The translations under genes were made by a program, and so were the position numbers. The notes beneath the pieces were generated by a model. It was not told where the DNA came from. It worked only from the letters and a program-made list of their open reading frames with translations, and ran no database searches. Below, piece by piece: positions 40,841-48,044 of a DNA stretch of 64,000 bases. The stretch's first letter is position 1. Each line of letters opens with the position of its first letter. The stretch lies in contig CANQFM010000012.1 in assembly GCA_947598825.1 (NCBI GenBank), forward strand, positions 1,041 to 65,040, written 5' to 3'. The stretch comes from an uncultured Eisenbergiella sp. Its GTDB lineage: Bacteria; Bacillota; Clostridia; Lachnospirales; Lachnospiraceae.

Positions 40841-42490
40841 ATGAAAAAGAAAAGCATCAGCAAGATCCTTGCGCTGGCGCTGGCCTGTGTGATGACCGTC
40901 GGCCTTACGGCCTGCGGCGGAAGCAGCTCAGGCAGCACCTCGCAGCCTGCGGCGGATGCGGGCAGCACTTCGCAGCCTGCGGCGGATGCAGGAAGTTCCG
41001 ACGCCGGCCAGGCCGAAGCGCCCGCTGAGGAGGCGGCTCCCGTGGAGCGCCAGACCATTACCTGGAGCGTCATCGATTTGAACGCCGGTAACAACAACGT
41101 TGGCGACTATGCGGAAGAGATCTTCCAGAAGATCGAAGATTATGTGGGCCATGACATCGAACTCACCTGGGTGAACAACGATGCCCTGAGCGAGAAAAAC
41201 TCCCTGTACTTTGCCAGCCCTAAGACAATGCCCATGATCATGTCTTACGGCGGCACCATGACCGGCGACGTTGTGAACGCGGCCAAGGCCGGCGCATTTG
41301 TCGATCTGAACCAGTACATCTGGGACAAAGAGAAATATCCTAACCTTTCCGGTATGGCTGAGAACGTTGCCGCCAACCTGACCGTGGACGGCAAGCTGAT
41401 CGCTCTGCCCCGTACCCGTGTGGTAGGCCGTTACGGCCTGTGCTATCGTCAGGACTGGGCGGAAGCGCTGGGCGTTGAGCTTGGACCTAACGCGACTCCC
41501 GACGATGTGTACAATATGCTGGTCGCCATGAAGAACGGCAACGACAAGCATGAAGGCTTCTGCGATTATCCGATGGAGATGACCTCCTATACCGGTCCTT
41601 TCGATATCATCCAGACCTGGTTCGGCGTTGGCAACGGCTGGGCGGAAGTGGACGGACAACTGGTTCCCGTGTGGATGCAGGACGAATACTTCGAGGCTAT
41701 CGAGTACATCAAGAAGCTCTATGACGAGAAACTGATGCCTCAGGATTGGCCTTCCATTCCTACCGACAGTTGGAGCGACGGCTGCAAGAAGGGTCAGAAC
41801 GGCGTGTACATCGACGTGCTGGATTCCGGTAAGAGGATCTGGAACTACTTCGTGGCGGAAGATACGTTTACTCCTTCCGTGATCAATCCGGACGAACCCG
41901 CCCGCGAAGTGCTTTACGGCGCGGTCAACGGCCACACCCTGGCGACTGCCGGTTACAACGGCTTCTACACCCTGTCTGCTTCTACGCTGGACACCCCTGA
42001 GAAGATCGAGGCGGCGCTGACGGTTCTGGATAAGCTGAACGATCCCGAGATGCTGATCCTGACCCAGTACGGTCTGGAAGGCATCAACTATGAGCTGGAC
42101 GATCAGGGCAGAGTTGTGAAGCTGGATGCGGAGGACACCAAGCTTTCTTCCAACTATCAGGGCCTGAACCAGTTGCTTTGCTTCCTGCCTTCTACCGAGG
42201 CGACCACGGTTCCTACCGTGACCACCGAGAGAGACGACGCGCAGAACGCGGCCTATGAAGCGGCCCTGCCTTACGCGGTCATCGATCCCGCCCTTTCCTT
42301 CAAGGTAAATTCTCCTGCTTATGCGGAGAAAGGCGCGGATCTGGACAGCCAGGCTTCCGCTCTGAGGACCCAGTATATCTGCGGCGCGATCACGCTGGAT
42401 CAGTTGAAGTCCGGCTTTGACGAGATCAGGGCCCAGGGCTATGATCAGATCATCGCGGAGATCAACGAGCAGTATGCGGCGAACAAATAA
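40841..42490 (+). CDS. Extracellular solute-binding lipoprotein (family 1)
   Basis: Lipobox LTAC, A/S/P-rich linker, GAFVDLNQY, DGKLIALP, YRQDWAEALG, LTQYGLEG. Confidence 0.9.
   Translation: MKKKSISKILALALACVMTVGLTACGGSSSGSTSQPAADAGSTSQPAADAGSSDAGQAEAPAEEAAPVERQTITWSVIDLNAGNNNVGDYAEEIFQKIEDYVGHDIELTWVNNDALSEKNSLYFASPKTMPMIMSYGGTMTGDVVNAAKAGAFVDLNQYIWDKEKYPNLSGMAENVAANLTVDGKLIALPRTRVVGRYGLCYRQDWAEALGVELGPNATPDDVYNMLVAMKNGNDKHEGFCDYPMEMTSYTGPFDIIQTWFGVGNGWAEVDGQLVPVWMQDEYFEAIEYIKKLYDEKLMPQDWPSIPTDSWSDGCKKGQNGVYIDVLDSGKRIWNYFVAEDTFTPSVINPDEPAREVLYGAVNGHTLATAGYNGFYTLSASTLDTPEKIEAALTVLDKLNDPEMLILTQYGLEGINYELDDQGRVVKLDAEDTKLSSNYQGLNQLLCFLPSTEATTVPTVTTERDDAQNAAYEAALPYAVIDPALSFKVNSPAYAEKGADLDSQASALRTQYICGAITLDQLKSGFDEIRAQGYDQIIAEINEQYAANK
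40931..40990 (+). repeat. 2 x 30-bp in-frame tandem duplication (GSTSQPAADA) in the lipoprotein linker
   Basis: ggcagcacctcgcagcctgcggcggatgcg / ggcagcacttcgcagcctgcggcggatgca, 28 of 30 bases identical. Confidence 0.9.
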
Positions 42491-42544
42491 GAATTGCATG
42501 CAGAATTTGATCTGATATGCGGCGCCTGATAAAAGGCTGACGAT

Positions 42545-42581
42545 CACCGGCATCCGTTTACGGATGCCGGTGTCTTTTTTC
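42545..42581 (+). terminator. Intrinsic terminator of the ABC importer operon
   Basis: CACCGGCATCCG-TTTA-CGGATGCCGGTG followed by TCTTTTTTT. Confidence 0.88.
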
Positions 42582-42621
42582 ACACGCAGCCCCGTGCTGC
42601 ACTTATAGTATGGAGGGAACG

Positions 42622-45078
42622 ATGCAGAACTTTCAGTTAAAAATCGCGGAAATAGGAGACGATCATGTGACAGTGAAATGGGATCCGCTGCTTGCTGCCT
42701 GCAAGGGGGATCTTGTCCGCTATCGGATCTACTGGGCCGACCGGTATACGCCTTATATGCAGTACCGGTGTCTGGAAGAGACGTCGGACCTGCAATATAC
42801 ACTGCGCCGTTCCACCCATATTCCCCATTATCTGAGAGTGGACGCCTATCGGGGAAACGAGAAGGTCGGAGAGAGCGGGCTATTGAAAACGCCGGTTAAA
42901 AGAGTGCTGCAGGAACAGTTGGAAAAGCTGGACCGGGGGCTGATCGCCGTGGCGACCGGACAGGGGGTGTTTCTGTCCTGGCGGATGTGGCGGGATGAGG
43001 TATCAGGATATACGGACACCGGCATGAGCGGCGCGGATTACTGGGTATATCGCAATGGGGAAAAGATCGCTGTGGTGACGGACAGCACCAACTTCCTGGA
43101 CAGATCCGGCTCTGCCCTGGACCGCTATTCGGTTTCGGCCTGTTACGGGGATAAGGCAGAACGAAAACCCTGCCGCGAGGTATCGACCTGGGACAACGAC
43201 GGCCCCTATCTGGAAGTGCCTATGCGCAAACCCGCTGACGGCGTGACCCCGGCGGGGGAGGCTTATACCTACAGCGCCAACGACATGAGCGTGGGCGATG
43301 CGGATGGCGACGGCGAATACGAATTGTTCGTCAAGTGGGATCCTTCAAACTCCCACGATGTGTCCCACCGGGGCTATACCGGGAACTGTTATATCGACTG
43401 CTATAAGATGGACGGCAGGCTCTTGTGGCGTCTGGATATGGGTCCGAATATCCGCGCCGGCGCCCATTATACCCAGTTCATGGTCTATGATTTCGACGGG
43501 GACGGGAGGGCGGAAATGTCCGTCAAAACCGCGCCGGGCACCTGTATGACGCTGTTTGGCGAAAACGGAGACGTCCTGGAACGGCGTTTCATCACGCTGC
43601 CCGAAAGGGATGCGCGAAACGATGTTACCCATGAAGACCGTTATGCCTGCAGCGCGGCGGATTACCGCGCGCATCTTGTGGAGGTATTTCAGAACTGGCG
43701 GGAGCATCCCATGGTGAGAAGCGGCCAGTGGCCGGATACGCTGGAAACGTGTTTTCACATCGAAAAAAGGTTTGGGTACCCCTTAAGCCTGCGGGATGCG
43801 GAAGCGCTGGCGGATTATTTTTTGGATGAATACGCCCTGCAGCGCAGCCCGAAGAACAGGCTGCGGGAATTTGAGGGATTTATTTTCAAAGGCCCTGAAT
43901 ATCTGACCATGTTTGCCGGGGACGGAAGGGAGCTGGAGACTATCGATTTCCCGCATCCGCGTGACGACGACGGCCTGATGTGGGGAGATTATGCTATGTC
44001 CCGGATCGAGCCCTGTAACCGGGTGGACCGGTTTTTGTCGGGAGTGGCCTATCTGGACGGGGAACATCCGTCCCTGATCGTCTGCCGGGGCTATTATACC
44101 CGGACTACGGTGGCGGCCTATGACTTCCGGGAGGGAAGGCACAAACTCCGGTTTGATATCGACAGCGGCTATGTGCCCATGGACAATCCGTTCTGCGCAT
44201 CTCCCCATGAGGCCCAGGGCAGCGACCCGGTTTACGGCGTGCTGGCGGGGCAGGGGGATCATTGCCTTTCCGCAGCGGACGTGGACGGCGACGGTTGTCA
44301 GGAGATCATCTATGGCGCGGCGGTCATCGACCACGACGGCAGCGTTTTGTACTCTTCCTACGGGAATTTACCAGACGGCCGCAGGGCCAAGCTGGGGCAT
44401 GGGGATTCCATGCATGTGGCGGTCATCGATCCGGACAGGCCCGGCTTTCAGATCTTTAACGTGTTTGAAGGGGCAAAGAACGCGCCTTACGGCTGGGCGC
44501 TGCGGGACGCCGAAACCGGAGAGGTCCTGTTCGGGGAATATGCCGAGGAGGATCTGGGCCGCTGTATGATCGGGGATGTGAGCCCCGGTGTGCGGGGGCT
44601 GTCCGTGTGGGTGCGGGAAGTGTACGATTGTAAAGGAAACAAACTGGCGGAAAAGCCTCTTTCCACCAATCAGGCCATCCGCTGGGCGGCGGATCTGACG
44701 ACGCAGGTGATAGACGGCGCAGACTATCTGAAAGGAGAGCATACCGGCGTGATCAACGATCACCGGCACGGCATCCTCTTAAAACCGGAAGGGACGCTGT
44801 GCAATAACGGTACCAAGGGAAATCCCTGTCTGGTGGCCGACCTGTTCGGGGATTTTCGAGAAGAGATCGTGCTGCGCACGGCGGACAGCAGCGCGATCCG
44901 GATCTATACGAATACGGAGATCACGCAGCATAAGTTGTTTACGCTGATGCACGATCCTATGTACCGCGTCGGCATCGCCTGGCAGAACAACTGCTATAAC
45001 CAGACCTGTTATACGAAGTTTTACTATGCGTCCGACATGGATTTCTCCCAGGTGCTGCCAGGGATTGAAAGCCGGTAG
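42622..45078 (+). CDS. Rhamnogalacturonan lyase, PL11 (YesW/YesX-like), with N-terminal FN3-like domain and no signal peptide
   Basis: EKLDRGLIAV, FLSWR, YSANDMSVGDADGDGEYE, NIRAGAHYTQFMVYDFDGDG, GPEYLT, NRVDRF, RGYYTR, GQGDH, HGDSMH, NNGTKGNP, YRVGIAWQN. Confidence 0.92.
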   Translation: MQNFQLKIAEIGDDHVTVKWDPLLAACKGDLVRYRIYWADRYTPYMQYRCLEETSDLQYTLRRSTHIPHYLRVDAYRGNEKVGESGLLKTPVKRVLQEQLEKLDRGLIAVATGQGVFLSWRMWRDEVSGYTDTGMSGADYWVYRNGEKIAVVTDSTNFLDRSGSALDRYSVSACYGDKAERKPCREVSTWDNDGPYLEVPMRKPADGVTPAGEAYTYSANDMSVGDADGDGEYELFVKWDPSNSHDVSHRGYTGNCYIDCYKMDGRLLWRLDMGPNIRAGAHYTQFMVYDFDGDGRAEMSVKTAPGTCMTLFGENGDVLERRFITLPERDARNDVTHEDRYACSAADYRAHLVEVFQNWREHPMVRSGQWPDTLETCFHIEKRFGYPLSLRDAEALADYFLDEYALQRSPKNRLREFEGFIFKGPEYLTMFAGDGRELETIDFPHPRDDDGLMWGDYAMSRIEPCNRVDRFLSGVAYLDGEHPSLIVCRGYYTRTTVAAYDFREGRHKLRFDIDSGYVPMDNPFCASPHEAQGSDPVYGVLAGQGDHCLSAADVDGDGCQEIIYGAAVIDHDGSVLYSSYGNLPDGRRAKLGHGDSMHVAVIDPDRPGFQIFNVFEGAKNAPYGWALRDAETGEVLFGEYAEEDLGRCMIGDVSPGVRGLSVWVREVYDCKGNKLAEKPLSTNQAIRWAADLTTQVIDGADYLKGEHTGVINDHRHGILLKPEGTLCNNGTKGNPCLVADLFGDFREEIVLRTADSSAIRIYTNTEITQHKLFTLMHDPMYRVGIAWQNNCYNQTCYTKFYYASDMDFSQVLPGIESR

Positions 45079-45095
45079 CGCGCCGGTATCTTTCG

Positions 45096-45124
45096 TTGCA
45101 AACGGGAAAAAACTGTGGCATACT
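45096..45124 (+). promoter_or_regulatory. sigmaA-type promoter of cobB
   Basis: TTGCAA-N17-CATACT with a TG extension. Confidence 0.6.
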
Positions 45125-45168
45125 GAAAGAAAGGGCGGACAGTGCAGGAAAGGAAAAGGGGGACAGTT

Positions 45169-45888
45169 ATGCAGGATGAAAAGATTTTGAAACTCAAGGA
45201 AATTGTGGATCACAGCGACAACATCGTCTTTTTCGGCGGCGCCGGCGTATCCACGGAGAGCGGGATACCGGATTTTAGAAGCACGGACGGGCTCTATCAC
45301 CAGCAGTACGATTACCCGCCGGAAACCATTTTGAGCCATACCTTTTATCGGAGAAAGCCGGAAGAATTTTTCCGCTTTTACCGGAATAAGATGCTGGCAC
45401 TGGATGCAAAGCCCAATGCCGCCCATATGAAGCTGGCCCAATGGGAGCGGGAGGGAAAGCTGAAAGCGGTGATCACCCAGAACATCGACGGGCTGCATCA
45501 GGCGGCGGGCAGCAAAAAGGTGTTGGAATTGCACGGCAGCGTCCTGCGCAACTACTGCGAGCGCTGTCACAGGTTTTACGATGCGCGTTATATCCTGAAC
45601 AGCCAGGGCGTGCCCCGCTGTGAGTGCGGCGGCCCCATCAAGCCGGATGTGGTACTCTATGAAGAGGGACTGGATATGGGGATCATGCAGGAGGCGATCT
45701 CCTTTATCAGCCAGGCCGACGTACTCATCATTGGCGGCACCTCCCTTGTGGTGTATCCGGCGGCCGGCCTGATCGATTATTATCGCGGCCATAAGCTGGT
45801 ACTGGTCAACAAGACGCCGACGCCCCGTGACGCCATGGCGGATCTGGTGGTGGCCGGCAGCATTGGGGAGATCTTTGCGGCCCTGTAG
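45169..45888 (+). CDS. cobB: NAD-dependent protein deacylase (sirtuin)
   Basis: GGAGVSTESGIPDFRS, TQNIDGLHQ, ELHGS, CxxC..CxC zinc site, KPDVVLYEE, GGTSL.VYPAA. Confidence 0.93.
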   Translation: MQDEKILKLKEIVDHSDNIVFFGGAGVSTESGIPDFRSTDGLYHQQYDYPPETILSHTFYRRKPEEFFRFYRNKMLALDAKPNAAHMKLAQWEREGKLKAVITQNIDGLHQAAGSKKVLELHGSVLRNYCERCHRFYDARYILNSQGVPRCECGGPIKPDVVLYEEGLDMGIMQEAISFISQADVLIIGGTSLVVYPAAGLIDYYRGHKLVLVNKTPTPRDAMADLVVAGSIGEIFAAL

Positions 45889-45916
45889 TTTTGATTCTCA
45901 TATGCGGGAGGAGCGT

Positions 45917-46099
45917 ATGGATATTCAGGTGGGAGATGTCGTGACACTGAAAAAACAGCATCCCTGCGGCAGCAGGGAATGGGAGGTGCTGCGCATTGGA
46001 GCTGACTTCCGTTTAAAATGCGCAGGGTGCGGCCATCAGATCATGATCGCCAGGAAACTGGTGGAAAAAAATCTGCGGGATTTAAAAAGAAATCCTTGA
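45917..46099 (+). CDS. DUF951-family small protein
   Basis: GDVVTLKKQHPCGS..WEVLRIGADFRLKCAGCGHQIM. GGAGGAG RBS. Confidence 0.88.
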   Translation: MDIQVGDVVTLKKQHPCGSREWEVLRIGADFRLKCAGCGHQIMIARKLVEKNLRDLKRNP

Positions 46100-46124
46100 A
46101 ATCTGCGAGTTTTCATGGTATCAT
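46096..46124 (+). promoter_or_regulatory. sigmaA promoter of rpsF-ssb-rpsR
   Basis: TTGAAA-N17-TATCAT with a TG extension. Confidence 0.75.
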
Positions 46125-46142
46125 GTTAACTCGTGATATATA

Positions 46143-46187
46143 TTCCTTGCTCCTTTCTTAGAAAAGGGGCCAGAGACCAAAAGGAGG
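46143..46187 (+). ncRNA. Probable S6:S18 ribosomal-protein leader (autoregulatory mRNA structure)
   Basis: TTCCTT(46143) can pair with the SD AAGGAG(46181). Inner hairpin GCTCCTTT..AAAGGGGC, internal loop containing CC-purine. Position 5' of rpsF matches the known element. Confidence 0.6.
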
Positions 46188-46196
46188 TAAATTTGC

Positions 46197-46487
46197 ATGA
46201 ACAAGTACGAATTAGCCGTCGTTGTCAGTGCGAAGATCGAGGATGAAGAAAGAACGGCAGTTGTTGACAGATGCAAAGCTCTGATCGAAAGATTCGGCGG
46301 CACGGTCACCAACGTGGACGACTGGGGCAAGAAAAGGCTTGCTTACGAGATCCAGAAGATGAGAGAAGGCTTCTATTACTTCATCCAGTTCGAGGCTCCC
46401 GCTACCGCGCCTGCGGAGATCGAAAGCCGCGTTCGCATTATGGACAACGTGCTTAGATACTTAATCGTCAAAGCGGACGAAAAGTAA
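46197..46487 (+). CDS. rpsF: 30S ribosomal protein S6
   Basis: MNKYELAVVV, DDWGKKRLAYEIQK..EGFYY. Confidence 0.98.
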   Translation: MNKYELAVVVSAKIEDEERTAVVDRCKALIERFGGTVTNVDDWGKKRLAYEIQKMREGFYYFIQFEAPATAPAEIESRVRIMDNVLRYLIVKADEK

Positions 46488-46540
46488 GAAGCGCACCGCG
46501 TGTCTGAAATCCAAAAGACAGGCACAGAAAGAGAGTCAAT

Positions 46541-47008
46541 ATGAATAAAGTAATTCTTATGGGACGTCTGACCCGGGACCCGGAAGTCCGGTATTCCCAG
46601 GGTGAGAATGCAACCGCCATTGCCCGGTACACGCTGGCGGTAGACCGCAGGTTCAACCGGAACGGGGATGAGAACACCGCCGATTTCATCGGCTGCGTCG
46701 CCTTTGGAAGGAGCGCCGAGTTCGCGGAGAAGTATCTTCGGAAAGGAACCAAAGTGGCCATTACCGGCAGGATCCAGACCGGCAGCTATACCAACCGGGA
46801 CGGCGTGAAAGTGTATACCACGGATGTGGTGGTAGAGGATCAGGAATTTGCGGAGAGCAAGAACAGCGGGAATAACGCCGGATATAACAATGGGGGTTAT
46901 AACAACGGCGGTTCCGCAGGCGGCCCTTCCGCTCCCCAGCCCTCTGCGGCAGCGGACGGTTTTATGAACATCCCTGACGGGATCGACGAAGAACTGCCCT
47001 TCAACTAA
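46541..47008 (+). CDS. ssb: Single-stranded DNA-binding protein
   Basis: MNKVILMGRLTRDPE, ADFIGCVAFG, GRIQTGSY, C-terminal DEELPFN. Confidence 0.98.
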   Translation: MNKVILMGRLTRDPEVRYSQGENATAIARYTLAVDRRFNRNGDENTADFIGCVAFGRSAEFAEKYLRKGTKVAITGRIQTGSYTNRDGVKVYTTDVVVEDQEFAESKNSGNNAGYNNGGYNNGGSAGGPSAPQPSAAADGFMNIPDGIDEELPFN

Positions 47009-47010
47009 GC

Positions 47011-47220
47011 AATATTGCGAGCGAAGCGAGCAATATTGCGCTACTTCTCGAACGCGGAGCGTTTGAGAAGTTTCCCGAAAAATATTGCGAACATAGTGAG
47101 CAATATTGCGCTACTTCTCAAGCGCGAAGCGATTGAGAAGTTTCCCGAAAAATATTGCGAGCGAAGTGAGCAATATTGCGCTACTTCTCAAGCGCGAAGC
47201 GATTGAGAAGTTTCCCGTAA
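47011..47220. repeat. Three tandem 70-bp double-hairpin (REP/BIME-like) repeats in the ssb-rpsR spacer
   Basis: Units 47011-47080, 47081-47150 and 47151-47220. Each is AATATTGC-GA-xx-NNN-xx-GA-GCAATATT, then GCGCT, then ACTTCTC..CGC-GNA-GCG..GAGAAGT, then TTCCCG. Confidence 0.95.
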
Positions 47221-47249
47221 TGTAATTTTCAGACAGGAGGTTAACCATC

Positions 47250-47513
47250 ATGGCATTTAATAAATCCGAAAGACCGGAATCCCCCGCCAAGAGAAGAGGC
47301 GGCGTACGCAGAAGGAAGAAAGTCTGCGTTTTCTGCGGAAAAGACAACGTGATCGATTATAAGGACGCCAATAAGCTCAAAAGATATGTGTCCGAGAGAG
47401 GAAAGATCCTTCCCAGAAGGATCACCGGCAACTGCGCGAAGCATCAGAGAGCGCTGACCGTTGCGATCAAGAGAGCGCGTCATCTGGCGCTTATGCCTTA
47501 TATCGCCGAATGA
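47250..47513 (+). CDS. rpsR: 30S ribosomal protein S18 (zinc-ribbon C+ form)
   Basis: [49 protein letters not shown]. Confidence 0.98.
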   Translation: MAFNKSERPESPAKRRGGVRRRKKVCVFCGKDNVIDYKDANKLKRYVSERGKILPRRITGNCAKHQRALTVAIKRARHLALMPYIAE

Positions 47514-47555
47514 ATTTAAGAAAGAGGGGCTGTCGGGAAATAACCAGCCCTAAGG

Positions 47556-47595
47556 CAGGGAGGTATGGAAAGTAACTGGCTTTCATACCTCCCTG
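47556..47595. terminator. Stem-loop downstream of rpsR
   Basis: CAGGGAGGTAT(G)GAAAG / CTTTC ATACCTCCCTG arms with a weak T-tail. Confidence 0.55.
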
Positions 47596-47665
47596 AAATT
47601 TTAGAAAAAGATGGCCCAAAAACCACCTTTTTTCCGTTCCATGTTACAATGGAACTATGCTCACC

Positions 47666-47804
47666 AATGATCCAGTCCGGCGTTATGTGACATTCGCGGC
47701 ATCCTTTATAAACGCCGGGCAGATTATGATCTTTGTATTCAGCCGGTAATTCCTGGCCGGACGCCAGCATACTCACGACATTTTCAAGCCGTAATCATCA
47801 GCAT
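47666..47804 (-). pseudogene. yafQ: Degraded YafQ-family mRNA-interferase toxin gene
   Basis: RLENVVSMLASGQELPAEYKDHNLPGVYKGCRECHITPDWII. Preceded in frame by a stop, and missing both the N-terminal segment and the C-terminal catalytic His region. Confidence 0.75.
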
Positions 47805-47925
47805 CCAAATTCTCCATCAGTTTCGATACAGACGAAAATCCACAGTTCAGGCCAATGCCGTTTCGCGCATCTTCGATTGCCTTTAGGGTGGCGGCGCTTG
47901 GTATGGGATTTCCAACGGAATCTCG
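47773..47925 (-). pseudogene. dinJ: Degraded DinJ/RelB-family antitoxin gene (C-terminal half)
   Basis: IPSAATLKAIEDARNGIGLNCGFSSVSKLMENLDAD, with IPLEI in a shifted frame upstream. It overlaps the yafQ remnant start and the N-terminal RHH part is absent. Confidence 0.65.
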
Positions 47926-48044
47926 GATTACAATTCAAGAAATTTATTACAAAGTTTCCGCCCGGGATATGGTATACTTATGATACAGAAAGCTATTTCT
48001 CCGCCGTTTCCAAAAAACAGCGGGTACAGAGGAGAAAGTGCCAT

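Noticed and set aside
40928-42802. 624-aa minus-strand ORF opposite the solute-binding protein
   Set aside because: It mirrors strongly biased codon usage on the plus strand, crosses the terminator and has no domain signal.
46868-46912. NNAGYNNGGYNNGG repeats in ssb
   Set aside because: Ordinary low-complexity SSB linker.
47011-47220. CRISPR array interpretation of the 70-bp repeats
   Set aside because: The variable parts are only a few bases inside hairpin loops and stems, there are no unique 25-45-bp spacers, and there are no cas genes or leader.
47516-47776. 86-aa ORF as an active YafQ toxin
   Set aside because: Only the middle of YafQ is present. The C-terminal half is unrelated sequence running through the rpsR hairpins.
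47733-48044. N-terminal extension of the 708-aa regulator ORF
   Set aside because: It overlaps the antisense dinJ-yafQ remnant and a TGGTATACT promoter-like box. The RBS and HTH place the start at 48045.
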